A program made the position numbers and the translations under genes. The notes below the pieces were generated by a model that ran no database searches, was not told the origin of the DNA, and saw nothing but the letters and a program-made list of their open reading frames with translations. DNA of 63,841 nt, filler included, from Octopus bimaculoides (taxonomy: Eukaryota), in NCBI RefSeq assembly GCF_001194135.2. It is 3 parts of 3 records of this genome, joined end to end, with 100 filler letters (N's around TTAATTAATTAA, not from the genome) between each part and the next. Parts side by side here need not be neighbours in the genome. Positions count along the whole stretch, not along the records: positions 33,206 to 63,841 come from NC_068988.1; 2 more parts are not named here. One strand, given 5' to 3'. Positions within the stretch are counted from its first letter, which is position 1. Each line of letters opens with the position of its first letter. Shown piece after piece: positions 48,970-63,095 of this stretch.

Positions 48970-51900
48970 TCCGACGATATATATCTTGTGAGAAATGGAA
49001 GTTCTTAAAGCCGAAATAGACAAGATCATACAGTAAATATCCAATAAAAGCTACGATGCGTCACACAGTGACGTACCGTACAATCGGGTTAGAGTCAAGG
49101 AGGGTGGAAAGAGCCAAAACAGCTCAAATACAATAAGCTTTACGTTCCGCCTGGAATCTAAAAGAATATATACAGAGGGGAAAGGCCTGTGGAATGGTGG
49201 ATGTTCGATTCCACACCGAGGAAGAAGCCAAATACCAGTCTCTGAATCCCTTCAAAAGCGAGGAGCTGTTGCTAGTCCCTTACTACTGCGGTCAGAGACT
49301 GGCGAAAATTATAATTCAGCAGGTGCCTCAAAGCCTATCAGACCAAAAATGAAAACTGGTCTGGGATGACCGAAGAATTCTTCATTCAAACAACACAAAA
49401 GAATGTGGATCTCATCTCAGACCAGATTTTTCTTCCTGGAGACAGCATAATTCCTGTAAGGGTTGTTGGAAGAAAACCAAAGTGCTACTTTTGTTTTCAC
49501 TTAAGCATTTAAAAATCGACTGCTCCAAGCCAAGCGAGAAATAGAGACGGGCTTCCCTCTCTACACCAACACCGGTCACCAGAACTCTAGCGACAGCAGC
49601 AGCAGCAACATCACCATCATCAGATTCTTCCATAGTACCTCCAACACCAACACCAACAACCATACCGACACCGAGTTCACCCAAACACTTCTCAGCGCCC
49701 GAAGATGTTCTACTTCCCGATGCAGAGAGGATGTACATCACAGCTGGAGAGACGGGCCGCGATGAAGACGGGCAGTTAAAAACAAAAAAACCTAAAAGAG
49801 AGAGAAGGAGAAATAAAAATATGGAGAAACAACAGCAACAATCCTCATCCACACAAGATGTGGAAAGGAAAAAATTCAAAACAACAAAAACAAACAATGC
49901 ATCGGCACCACCACCTCTATTTCCTGAAACACAAGCTATTGCACACACGCAACAACAACAATCACCACCACCACCACAACAACAACAAGCACAAAATAAA
50001 GACAGTAACATTACCAACTACATGGCAAGAAATTCAAACAACGATGAATTAATGAAATATATAATAACACACACAAAGATTACACCAAAAGATTTGTCAT
50101 ACTCACATTCTCCCTACCTGCACACGTATAAATCATTCAAACAGTACAGAACATATACACACACTTTAAAACCCATTTCCCACAGGAAATCGGAGATTTT
50201 CGCCAAAATAACACCAAGAGATTTGCTGTTGGATACACCCCTCCAAACAAAACCAAGTAAGTTTTCCCTGTCTTTTCGTCTCTTTTTCCGACATGATCGT
50301 GTACAAAATCGCCAGCGTGAATAGGTCGCCTTTGAAGCGGGGTCACCTGCTGAACGATCTCAGGGAACTGAATGTCGACGTGGTGGCCATTAGCGAAACC
50401 AGAATTTCCGACTCACAGGAGATCCGACCTATTTTCGGTGACTATGGGGTGCACACATCTCCAAGTTGTCCAGGAGCGGGAGGCTGAGTCGCCGTGCTGA
50501 TTCAGAAAAATCTGGGTCTTGCAATACGGACGAGCTTCCTGGATCCGGAAGGTAAGTCGGTCGCCCTGGACGTGACAGACAGCGAAGGACATACTTTTAG
50601 GTTAGTTGCTGTCTATGCCCCGACAAGGGTAGGACGACCAGATTTCTTCAAACGCCTGGAAACTTTCCTAGGAATGTACCGCTCTTTAGGGGGATTGGAA
50701 TGGAGTTTTAGATGTAAAGTGTGATTGTGTAGGTTTAGCAGATAGGAGAGGAGGCGGGGAAAAGCTTTGCAAACCTGCTCAGACGATTCCAACTATCTGG
50801 TAGGTATCAACTGGATTTTCCAGATGTGCCAGTGTGGTCCTGAGCAAACCGCATCGGGTCATCCAGAGCGTATCTAGATAGGGTATTTTGTAGAGTAGCA
50901 GATAAGGATAGCATAAGTTGTCCACAGTTTAAAGTAGTCGCCTATACAGACCACAAATTCGTGATCTGTACAGTCGACTTAGATAGGCTTCAGATCGGGT
51001 TACTGGAAACTGAAATACGTCGTTGCCGGTGCGTAAAGATTTCAGAAACCGGATTAGTGAACTAATTAAGAGGGCGTTGACGGAGGCAATAATCAACAAC
51101 AAATGCTGATTCGCCCTTAAAAGGGCGATTAGAATAGAATCGATAAGGTTTAGCAAAGGACTAGAAGTAGAACGAAACAGAATAAAGACAGAGAAGTTAA
51201 GAAGTTAGACAAGGCTTCCACCTCATGCGATATATCATTGAAAAAGTGGCTAAAGAAACTGGCACGAGTGGGGCCTTGGTCAATTTAGATCAGTCTAAAG
51301 CTTTCGATAGTGTCGACCATCTATACCTGGCGGTGGTCCTCAAGGCAGCTCGTTTCGGGCCTGTATTCAGAGACTGGATCGCTGCAATGCACAGCAACAT
51401 CTGTTCAGTGGCCAGAGTGAATGGTCACCTCTCAGAGCCGTTCAAAATCATGCGCTCAATCCGGCAAGGTTGTCCCTTCTCGTCTCTCTTGTTCGTACTG
51501 ACTCTCGAACCACTACTACACAAAGTAGAAGCGTTGAGAGGCAGACCGCGAGACCTAAGACTTGAGAGATGCGTGCCGGCTTATGCCGATGACGTCACCG
51601 TAGTAGTGTCAGATCATAAACACATAGAAATGATCGGCACCACTCTCAGAGACTACGAGGCAGTTTCAAGAGTGGTAATTAATCTGGAAAAATCAATGGA
51701 CTTGCGGTTCGGCACTTGGAGAAGCAAGTCCATGTCGTTCAACTGCGTCGTTGGGCGCTCTACGGACGGACTGGTTAAATTGCTCGGGGTCTGGTTCGGT
51801 TCGGATCTCCAGATGGACAAAAACTGAGACGAGATAACGAGCAGAGTGACTACTCTCACCCAGAAATGGGCCGAGAGACAGCTATCGCTGAAAGGTTGGG

Positions 51901-52788
51901 CAGAGGTGGCTAACGTGTATATCGCGTCCGTCATGTACTATCGTTTGACCTCCGTGCTTTGTCCTGACCACGGTCTGTTTATGCTGGAGCGTATGCTCTT
52001 GCGCTTCTTGTAGAAGGAATGCGTCCCGATAGTCAAGCTGTTTATCTGCTGTCAGCACCCGCTGCGTTGTAAACTGGGCATGCTGTGGTTGATGATGCGC
52101 TAAGGCTACAACATTTCAAGTGCTTCCTTGACGGTGAACAGGTGTGGTTGCCGTTCGCCAGACACGTATTTCCACAGTTAGTTTCCATAACAAAGTTGCA
52201 ATCCTGGATAAAACCGGGGGAGGGCTTTCGGAAAGTGGAATGTCTTCAAGCGCTCACAGCTCTCAGCCAATCGGACAGTGTGATGGGTGGAACATCTACT
52301 TTTTATAAAGGATTAGTGGAGCAAAATTGCGACGACGTTCTTTCAGAGAACTTAGGCGTCGAAGAAAATCAGCTACTTGCTCTTTTCCAGAGAACTTTCG
52401 GGCCGGGACCAATGGAAATTTCCAAAAATCTCTGGTCTGGCAGTGCTACTAGGGAGCTTTGCCTTTACGAGATAAACTTTACAACCACGGAAGTGTCATC
52501 AGCCGAGCATGTCCGAGATGCGTGAAGTACGACGAGATGGTCCTGCATGCATTCGTCCAGTGCTCGAGCATTACTGACCTGTGGGTTTATGTCGAACACC
52601 TGCTGTCGCGTGTGGGACGGACCAGGCTCTCAATTGAATACATCGTGAAGATCGCCCTACCGCCTTCCTTTAACCGGGAAAAGTCACCTGCCCCAAAAGT
52701 CAGGGTATCCATGGTTTTTATAGGGTTTTTCCATGGGCAGCCCTTGAACGTCTCCTCCCTATTGATGATTACACATTGTTGATCTCCC

Positions 52789-52849
<61 letters not shown>

Positions 52850-53005
52850 TTATCATCATCATTATTATTATTATTATATCAGTCTTGTTTACATGCAAAA
52901 CCCTCACAAATACACACGCTCACACATACACATATTATTTTTGATTTGTCCTGTGCTGTCGATAACGTATTTCTTCATGTAAACCCTTGTGGTTAATAAA
53001 GGAAT
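48970..53005 (+). mobile_element. L1/Tx1-clade LINE, near full length (ORF1 + ORF2) with internal deletions
   Basis: ORF1 remnants from ATG 48995 (VDVRFHTEEEA; frameshifted CYFC-FSLK-H-LKID-C zinc knuckle at 49483-49523; Q/T/P-rich linker). ORF2: LLNDLRELNVDVVAISETRI, LDQSKAFDSVDH, RQGCPFS, AYADDV, LSLKG, CPRCVKYDE..LHAFVQC. Tail cccttgtggttaataaaggaat. Confidence 0.92.
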
Positions 53006-53013
53006 CATCATCA

Positions 53014-53071
<58 letters not shown>

Positions 53072-53849
53072 GAAGAAGAAGAAGAAAAATGAAACTTTAC
53101 TATTGTTATTAATGCTATTAATAATATTATCATAAATGACTCAAGTACAATACTCACTGCTAAGTGCTTTATCAATATTAAATGTGTGTATCTTGCTTTA
53201 CATATAATTTGGTATACTTATTTAAGCTGCTTATTTAAGTGGCACAATCGTCTGAGTAGATGTATACAATAAGGAATAGATCCTATTTTTGGCCAACGTA
53301 GTTTGCATAATTTGAACATAAATCAGTCAAGAAAAATAAATCAGAGTGACCACTGGCACGCATCTGAACAACATATTCAAATACAGGTATATCAAATACT
53401 GTACAACATAGATTCTAGATTTATTATAATTATCTCCGCTTCTATGTGTATCAATGAGATTATCCCCTCTTCTTGAGTGCAACTTGAAGGTGCTGCTATA
53501 GGATGTTGGTTCCTCTTTACAATATATTTAATTTTCTTCATATGATATTCCTACCCTAACATGCATTTTATAGCTTTTCCCATTCATTGTGCTAGATCTG
53601 TTACCTTTGTATTTCAGGAAATTTGATTATCCTTATAAGTGGATAGACCGCTGGAGAGTGTAATTCTACATCATTTAGTACTCGTTGTAGCTGTTGTTGC
53701 TGCAGGTGATTCTCTGTTTCATCAACGATTGTGGTTGGAAGAGAAGGATTTAGTCTCAAGGTTCGCCACTAGCAATCAAACCATGAGCTCTATTACTAAA
53801 GGCAAGCCTCTACAATTACTCCAGAGATAAGGAAGGCTCAGTATGCTCC

Positions 53850-54600
53850 TGATAGTAGATTTTGGAGAAGTCCTTTCGGATTGAGGCATGAGATCTGCTA
53901 CATTGAACGGGGACAGAATTATAGAATAGTAAGCCTCGTAATGAAAACAATATGTGAAGAAACAGTTGGTATTCATGCGATACACACTGGCAAGGAGATT
54001 AGGCATCCAGTGTTTGAGGTAAAGAAATGTGCAAGCTACATTGGGCAAATGGATGAGAATATGACACAAGGATGACTGTGATAGTTGAAAATATTATGAG
54101 AAGGTCATGAAAACAAGAGCGATCAGGAAAAATATTGATTGGTCTACTCTTTATAGCTACAAATCCCTTTATAATACCCTTTCATCTCAACTGATAAAAT
54201 TATTCTCTTGATGATTAACCAGCTACTTGTAGAGAATTTATGTAAAGGTATTGTAGACTGTGTGAAAGCATTTATAGGACTGGTGATTGGGTTTGAAGAT
54301 TCATAAACTTAAATCAGGGATGTTTTGGTGGCTTTCCACATAAAAAGAGTTCATAAAAATTCTCACGTCATATATTCAATATGCAACAAAGATTCCTATG
54401 CGAAATTACCTGTTAAAATCTTTCACTGAAACTATTTGGCAGGTGAAATAAGCAACAATGTCTATTATATCCACAGATGCTTAGATTGCTTTCTGGAAAG
54501 AGTTTGTAATTTAGGTTGTGGGCAAGGTAAAAGGTTTCATCAGATTATAAAGAGCAGGTAAGGTTGAGTATACATTGATTATTGCTGGAACATTCAGTGT
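53850..54600 (+). mobile_element. Highly degenerate Chapaev3-like (CMC) transposase fossil
   Basis: GEISNNVYYIHRCLDCFLE...GQGKRFHQIIK...DYCW (54442-54588) parallels the H-S-H-L-D...EQGERFHQDI...ADYCW C-terminus. IIPFHL at ~54172 parallels LPPLHIKL. Confidence 0.5.
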
Positions 54601-56244
54601 GGCCGTTCTGTTCAATCTCATTCGAGAAAAGTCTATAAAAGATTATTTGATATGTTATTTTTACGTCTATTTTTGAGTTACAATTATTATAGATTTTAAC
54701 GTAGTACTCTTTCACCTATAATACTGAAATAAACAGCTTTAGTTATATGTAGTTGTTTTAATAGCTTGTAATATAACATGAATTCTGTAGTGTTTGTATA
54801 AAAATAACAGATAATTAATCTGATAAGGAAATTTACATACCATATTTTTGGAATCAGGTACTAAAATATAAATAGCAACCGCTGTCCCTAATTTCATTGT
54901 TCGAGTGGATACATCAATATACTCAGGAGTCTGTTATATGTATAAAACCAGAGCTGAAAGGATAAAAATAATGGTGCATTTGGAATCAACGGCTGAATAT
55001 ACCGAAGAATATATCCGACTTTCGCGATGGATATTAGTTACAGAAAACTTGGTACGAAGGTATGCTACCCGGGTATACAGCATTGTTAGAAGCAAAGTGA
55101 TGAAAATAGAGGGATTACTTTCCTGCAGAAATGTGTGTGTGTATGTGTGTGTGTGTATTATATGTGTGCATATGAATATGTATATGCATTGCAATTAATT
55201 TTGCTGTGTTTGCCTCTATGTGTAAATATGTCTCTGTATACGTCTTTATATATTTACGAATGTCTGTGTGATGAAATCATATAACATTGTTGAATATCAG
55301 TTTTCCTGAGAAATGTGTATCCATGTGTATACACGAACATACATAACCGTTTATTTAGAAACAAACCTGAGGACGGCAAAAATAGCAATGAAAGTAACAC
55401 TTATTACCAGCAGTAAAGACAACAAAACGCACTTTTAAAAGTTTTTATATTAGCGTAAGTGTAATCAGTGAAGACTATCAAATCAATACCAATACATACA
55501 TGGTACTTTATTTTATCCATCACGAGAAGTTAGAAGACAAAGTCAACCACTGTTGAATTTATAAATTAAAACATTGGCAGTCGACAAGTAAATATTTGTT
55601 GGAACGATGCGATTATCAGAGTCTATTGTTGCAACAATTTTCAATGTAGACAGTTCCTGCCACAGGATTCCCGTCACCTCCACACACCCATACGTATGTG
55701 CATTACTACTTCAGCAAATTCTAAAAATACTGTCATCTCGCTCAGTTTAGCCAAACGTAAATAAAACATAGAATAGAATAGTACACATTACCCGATAAAC
55801 CCCAACCATGATAATGGTATGCACATCACCAATAATATTTGGCAAACACTGACAACTTTCAACCAAGTTCAATCAAATTCTCTACATCTGCTTCCGCTGT
55901 GGTTATCACCAGAATACAGCATAGAACGACACAGATACATCAAGGACAGAACAAAATATCAAAGTTACCAACATCACTACTCCAAAATATAAACTACTGC
56001 ATATTGAAGTGTATCGTATCTAAGCGGATTTCTGGCTAGCACTACATCGTTCAACCGACTACATACTGCTATGATAGGATTGCTCCACCACCCCAGTCCT
56101 TCTGCATCGGAATGTTGGCACCGGAGAATTCTCTCTTAGTTTGTAAATATTTAGAAGGACCACTGCGTTATTTCCACCAGTTTCAAGAGTCCATAGACAT
56201 AGCCCCTGTCTCGGGGGAAGGGGAGAAAAAGCCCCAATAAATAA

Positions 56245-56458
56245 TAATTTCGAATTTTGGTACAGGGCCAGCAAATTTGAGGGAAGGAGTAAGTCGATTA
56301 CATCGACTCCAATACTCAGCTGATACCTATTTTATCGGCCATGAGGGTGAAAGGCAAAGTCGACTTCGGTAGAATTTAAACTCAGAACATGAAGACGAAC
56401 GAGATGTCGCTAAGCATTTTGTCCGGCGCGGTAATGATTCTGCCAGCTCGCCGCCTTA
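56245..56458 (-). mobile_element. SINE family A
   Basis: gtcgattacatcgac...gctaagcattttgtccggcgcggtaatgattctgccagctcgccgcc. Confidence 0.85.
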
Positions 56459-56967
56459 ACAAACGAATAAATAATAATAAAGCCTTTGCATATGCTACCG
56501 TTTCTGTCATTCCATTCCCGAACAATAGCAATTATAACCTTTTTGCTGCATCATCAACGCTACCAAAGACAATACATTCGAACGAATAGTGTGAACAAGA
56601 TAAACAAACCTGCCTCAGCAGCCACAAATAATAGTAGCGACAGTGACAACAGCAGTTAAAATAGCAACACCGCCAAGAACAATAGCTGTAGCAAGAATGA
56701 CATTAAAAACATGAAGCGATAGAACCGCTAACTGCCAACTCGACAGCAAATAGCTTATAAACACTGGGGCAATAGTTGAGAGAGAGAAAGAGAGGAAGAA
56801 GTGATAAGAGACGGAATGAAGCGAGAATGATGATAAAAGACACGAAAAGCGGGAGAAAGTGTAAAATAAAAGTGAAAAAAAAACTGCGATTTTCAGTAAA
56901 TACTGTTTAACACCAGCGAAAGGTGTAGTATCAGAGAGAGAGTGAGAGTGAGCAGGAAGGGAAAAAA

Positions 56968-57000
<33 letters not shown>

Positions 57001-57544
57001 GAGGGGCGAGAGAAAGTATGTAGAGGGCAGTGAATGAAAGGCGAAAGAAGATGAATTTAAAGAGGATGAGGAGGGGCAGGAGAAGGGGAGGAGGAAATAT
57101 CGAGAAATAGTGTTTTCTTTATATATATGATAATAACAATCACAACACTAAAAAAAAGTTGTAGAGAAGATAACTGTAGACTGCTTTCCTACAGTACATC
57201 CAACCATTTTCTAGCTATACTTTACTTTCTCTGCGTGAAAACTTTACGGGGAGAATTTTATTCTCCGAATCATTCCACTTTCTTTTCGTTTTTCGCTTCC
57301 TTTTATTTTGTCATTTTATTTTATTTATTGCACTAACTTTCAGAATCTTGTACTGGCTTCCGTAATTCTATTGTGACTTCTTATGGAACGTAAACGTCCA
57401 CAACATAATCCTTCAAACAATGTAAACATACGCACATACAGGCACAGATACACTCGCGTGCGCACACATATACACATGCATGCACATATATATGATAAGG
57501 TGTGCTTCCGTACAGTTTCTATCAACAAAATTCCACTCACGTTG

Positions 57545-57630
57545 TACATACATGCCGAAGGTGTCAAGCAGCGGATCAAACCCTGAAATATGTGATTGTG
57601 AGATGAACTTCTTAACAACACAGCTCTGTA
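57545..57630 (-). mobile_element. SINE family C 5' fragment
   Basis: gccgaaggtgtcaagcagcggatcaaaccctgaaatatgtgattgtgagatgaacttcttaacaacacagc. Confidence 0.5.
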
Positions 57631-59023
57631 TTTATATTACCATAGGACCCCGAATACTTGGCCTTGAGATTTACATGTGAGAATTTTTTTGCTATAGCGA
57701 CAATTCTCTCAAGCCCTCTATCTTTATAATAATAATTGTTATTATGATGATTATTATTATTATTAGGGACTGAAGCACCACCAGGTTATTAGATTAATTC
57801 TACAACATTCCATGAATATGTATTAATTAAGCGCTTTATTATTTATTAACAACAGTTTCCTACAGTAAAAGTAGCTTAACTTGCCATTTTCTTTTTTCAA
57901 ATAATTTATTATTTCATTTTGTTGAAATATCAGGGAATATTACATCGTACTTTCAATACTGTAAAACTCTAAAACTTTTGATTCTTTTCTCGATATATGC
58001 CATTAGTAATACTACCTCACAACTACTGCCTAAACTCGGAATATTCCTAAAACTATTGGTGTGTATTCGACGTAATTTGAACTGCTGCATCCGGCAATGT
58101 GCGGAATTGCCAATATCAAAACAAAACCAAAATGAAGTGAAAAAAAAAAGTTTCCAAACAAACAAACAAAAAAAAGAAAGAAAGAAGCACACAAGAAGTT
58201 AATGAAGTTTTTAAAAATTATATTGGCTGTTGATATTTCTTGTACTTTGTTTACATTACTTCTGATTTTACGTTTTCATCATTTACCTTCTTTTTTTTCA
58301 CCTTAATGATAATATTGCTGCATAAGGTCTGTAACAGTTTTTATACATTGTTGAAAGATTTTATTTAATATTTGGTATGGATTCGAGTATACAGAAGCAA
58401 AATCTGTTCTTAGAGTCAATGTTTCGTTCTTAGACGTAACATTGAAATCTAGCNNNNNNNNNNNNNNNNNNNNNNNNNNNNNNNNNNNNNNNNNNNNNNN
58501 NNNNNNNNNNNNNNNNNNNNNNNNNNNNNNNNNNNNNNNNNNNNNNNNNNNNNNNNNNNNNNNNNNNNNNNNNNNNNNNNNNNNNNNNNNNNNNNNNNNN
58601 NNNNNNNNNNNNNNNNNNNNNNNNNNNNNNNNNNNNNNNNNNNNNNNNNNNNNNNNNNNNNNNNNNNNNNNNNNNNNNNNNNNNNNNNNNNNNNNNNNNN
58701 NNNNNNNNNNNNNNNNNNNNNNNNNNNNNNNNNNNNNNNNNNNNNNNNNNNNNNNNNNNNNNNNNNNNNNNNNNNNNNNNNNNNNNNNNNNNNNNNNNNN
58801 NNNNNNNNNNNNNNNNNNNNNNNNNNNNNNNNNNNNNNNNNNNNNNNNNNNNNNNNNNNNNNNNNNNNNNNNNNNNNNNNNNNNNNNNNNNNNNNNNNNN
58901 NNNNNNNNNNNNNNNNNNNNNNNNNNNNNNNNNNNNNNNNNNNNNNNNNNNNNNNNNNNNNNNNNNNNNNNNNNNNNNNNNNNNNNNNNNNNNNNNNNNN
59001 NNNNNNNNNNNNNNNNNNNNNNN

Positions 59024-59061
<38 letters not shown>

Positions 59062-59624
59062 CGCACACACATACAAATAATGACTTAAGCAGATGGATAA
59101 CTAAGAAATGCCAAAGATATATATCTGTTCATTTTAAAGTTTTGTTAACAAATTATACTATTTTGTCAGAATGTAACAAACTACCGAAGAAGCATAAACG
59201 TGTTTAAAGAACGATTAACATAATTTACATTTTTGAATAAAAAGAATAAAAAGAAAAAACGGAAAAAGAAAACAATAAGTTTGTGATGGCCACCTTTCGA
59301 CAAATTTTTCGGATATTTTCCACCTTCACTTCGTTGGTACTGATGAATCGCCATCTATTACAGGAAGTTTCAGGAGTAAGTAATTGATTTTTCTTGTTTT
59401 TCTTTTTGTTTTTACATTTGCATTTACGTCTTACGTACGTGCGAATGAATATATATACCTGTGTATGTGTGTGAATTATGTATGTATGTGTGCGTTTGTG
59501 AATATCTATCTATGTTTGTACGTATACATTTTTGTATGGATGTTTATATGTAAGTAGGTATGTAGGGATGTACGTATGTATGCATTGTTTTTAATCTGTT
59601 TAATTATCAATCTGCTGTGAAAGT

Positions 59625-59674
<50 letters not shown>

Positions 59675-61190
59675 NNNNNNNNNNNNNNNNNNNNNNNNNN
59701 NNNNNNNNNNNNNNNNNNNNNNNNNNNNNNNNNNNNNNNNNNNNNNNNNNNNNNNNNNNNNNNNNNNNNNNNNNNNNNNNNNNNNNNNNNNNNNNNNNNN
59801 NNNNNNNNNNNNNNNNNNNNNNNNNNNNNNNNNNNNNNNNNNNNNNNNNNNNNNNNNNNNNNNNNNNNNNNNNNNNNNNNNNNNNNNNNNNNNNNNNNNN
59901 NNNNNNNNNNNNNNNNNNNNNNNNNNNNNNNNNNNNNNNNNNNNNNNNNNNNNNNNNNNNNNNNNNNNNNNNNNNNNNNNNNNNNNNNNNNNNNNNNNNN
60001 NNNNNNNNNNNNNNNNNNNNNNNNNNNNNNNNNNNNNNNNTATATGTATATATATAATTGTCCGATAACTGATTGATAAGAGGTGAGCATGTTTAAATAT
60101 CGTGTGTGGTTTTTCCGTGTTTTCCTTTGTCGTTCTACTGTGCAAAATTTTACTCTTATTACACACACACACACACATACACACACACACACACATACAC
60201 ACACACACACANNNNNNNNNNCACACACACACATACACACACACACACACATACACACACACACACACACATATAGGTGCACACAAGTACATATACATAT
60301 GCACAAACGTACATGTATGTATGAATGCGTGTGTGTGTAAGAGACAGAGAAAGAGAGAGAGAAAAGTGAAAGAGAGAGAGAAAAGAGAAAGAGAGAGAGA
60401 AAATAGAAAGAGAGAGAGAAAAGAGAAAAGAGAAATAGAGAGAGAAAAGAGAAATAGAGAGAGAAAAGAGAAAGAGAGATTGACTATATGCATGTGTGTA
60501 TGTATGTATATTTATATATTCTAAAATCTAAAATTATTTACATCTATTTCTTGAACGTGTGTTGGCTTGTATTTAGCAATTTTTCATTTATAGTTTAAAT
60601 TTACACGCTCTCTCACTTCTTTTTTACATACATTTCGTTTGTTTTCGTAACTCTAATTGTTATTGGTGGATTTCATTTTACAGTGTTTATGAATATTGTT
60701 GCTGTTTATAAATCCCGGCTCCTGTTGTCTTAATTCCACGTTATCCATAAATACGCAGGGCAAAGACATTCCACCTATAAATAACCCATATTTTTGTCAA
60801 CTTCTGTGCAACCGGAACATCATAATCTTATATATTATTTCCCTTTTAAGATAAGTATCAATATTGAAAGGGATTGGGATGTGCGCAGAAGCTCCCTTGC
60901 AATTCGAGTCTTGTAGTGTGTGTTTTGTAAAAGATGCCAGCTAGTTAGTAATATGATACTTTTTAATCTAACCGCCGCCAAGTTATTTTAATTGTCATCC
61001 CCTCTAAGTGGGTATACATGCCGCCCAGCTGAGTTGTATTACCGTAAACTTAACTACTTTCTAACATAACGCCTACTTATCATGTTCCTAGTCTGAACTA
61101 ACGATCCTATACACATAAATACATAAGTGAATACATATAAGTACACACCACGCACAAATAAACAGATAGACACACTCACACACACCGGCG

Positions 61191-61224
<34 letters not shown>

Positions 61225-61260
61225 CACGCACATATATATTCTATTATATATATGTGCATT

Positions 61261-61468
61261 AAGGCTGCGAGCTGGCAGAAACGTTAGCACGCGGGACAAA
61301 ATGCTTAACGTTATATCATTTGTCTTTATGTTCTGAGTTCAAATTCCGCCGAGGTCGACTTTCATCCCTTTCGGGGTCGACCAATTAAGTTGCGTACTGG
61401 AATCGATCTAATCGACTAGCCCTTTTCCCCAAGCTGTTGGGCCTTATGCCTAGAGTAGATAAGATTAT
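61261..61468 (+). mobile_element. SINE family A
   Basis: aaggctgcgagctggcagaaacgttagcacgc...ttctgagttcaaattccgccgaggtcgac. Confidence 0.85.
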
Positions 61469-61718
61469 ATATATGTGTGTGCGTATGTATGTGTGTGATT
61501 TTGTCTATAATTTTTATGAGACACCGCCTCACTCTCAGCGTGTATACGTAGACAAGGATATTTGGTTCGACTTCCAACATTTTTCTGTGAACTTTTTACT
61601 GTCCTGTACAACTTTATATTGTATAAAGCTGATTTTGTATCCTATTCTCTCTCCCTCTCTCTTTCTGACTGTCTTTCTCTCTCTCCTTTTCCCTCCCTTC
61701 ACACACACGTACCATATA

Positions 61719-61787
<69 letters not shown>

Positions 61788-61961
61788 TAGAGTGACTGCG
61801 CTAAGCAGTGATGTTCCAAACTTGTTATCAGCCGAAATATGCTTGAGGCATATTCGAATCCGTAAGAATGCCAATCACTGTATTCTGCGATGGAGAAAAT
61901 TTATTGTTGTAGACAAATGGTGTAAACACACCAAGTTAGTCCGCAGCGTTCCTTAATAAGA

Positions 61962-62008
61962 TTGTTGGATGCTTGCATTTCAGAGTGGTTATCACCTCTT
62001 CAGCTAAA
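61962..62008 (-). ncRNA. Candidate decayed hammerhead motif
   Basis: uag-CUGAAGA-gGUG(AUAAC)CACucu-GAA-AUGC(AA)GCAU-C/caa. Helix I is poor. Confidence 0.3.
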
Positions 62009-62134
62009 GAGACAAAAAAAACATGGTACGAGCTGACACGAGAGACAGATCCTTCCTATGATATTCCTGTCATCATTCAATGATCGGTTGCGCTATTCAG
62101 CAGCCCGCCCTTAACAAAATACTTATTCCTCTCG

Positions 62135-62275
62135 TTTAATATTGGTTTAAAATGTTGGCACAAGGCTTGCAAGTTCGGGAAAGGGGTACGTCGATTACAT
62201 CGACCCCAATGCTCAGCTGTTACTTATTCTATCGACCCCGAAAAGTAGAAAGGTAAAGTCGGCCACACACGAATT
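62135..62275 (-). mobile_element. SINE family A 3' half
   Basis: gtcgattacatcgaccccaatgctcagctg..acttattctatcgaccccgaaa. Confidence 0.75.
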
Positions 62276-62340
62276 TATTGCTATTAGATTTTATGTCAAG
62301 TTATATATTATGACAATCTAATTAATTTTAAACGAAAAGA

Positions 62341-62558
62341 AAGGCAGCAAACGGGCAGAATCGGTAGCGCGCCGGACAGAATGCTTAGCAGCATTTAGTC
62401 CGTCTTCACGTTCTGAGTTCAAATTCCGCAGAGGTCATCTTCGTCTTTCATCATTTCGGGACGGGTTAAAATAAGTATCAGTTGAGCACTGGAGCCGATG
62501 TAATCGACTACTCGCCTGTCTCGAATTTGCTGTCCTTCAATCAAAATTTGAGACTGAT
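62341..62558 (+). mobile_element. SINE family A
   Basis: aaggcagcaaacgggcagaatcggtagcgcgccggacagaatgcttagc...tcaaaatttgagac. Confidence 0.85.
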
Positions 62559-62865
62559 ATATGTGTGCGTTTGTGTGCTTGTGTGTGCGTGCGTCTGTGT
62601 GTGTGTGTGAGTGAGTGTCTGTACCTGCGTGAGTGTATGCATACTACAGCCTGTTGTCTCATTTTCAGGATCGAGTTGAAGATCCCATGTGACAACTTCG
62701 ACAATTAGTGAAATATGTTTGCATGGTGGACTAAAATAAGAGAGGATGGTAGAGCGTTATTCGTTCACATATATCAGCCTACCGTCCCATTATTATATAA
62801 ATTACTATTAGTGATAATGAGCGTAAAAACTGCCGTTGAAATGCTTTGTTCAGTTTTGCTCCACT

Positions 62866-62916
<51 letters not shown>

Positions 62917-63064
62917 NNNNNNNNNNNNNNNNNNNNNNNNNNNNNNNNNNNNNNNNNNNNNNNNNNNNNNNNNNNNNNNNNNNNNNNNNNNNNNNNNNNN
63001 NNNNNNNNNNNNNNNNNNNNNNNNNNNNNNNNNNNNNNNNNNNNNNNNNNNNNNNNNNNNNNNN

Positions 63065-63095
<31 letters not shown>

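Noticed and set aside
49731-50324. 197-aa Q/T/P-rich ORF as a host gene
   Set aside because: It lies between the ORF1 zinc knuckle and ORF2 of the Tx1 element, so it is part of ORF1.
62650-62760. Possible splice acceptor (ttgtctcattttcag|gatcg) and exon; similar motifs at ~3470 and ~53598
   Set aside because: Early stops in all frames, no recognisable protein and no matching donor could be supported.
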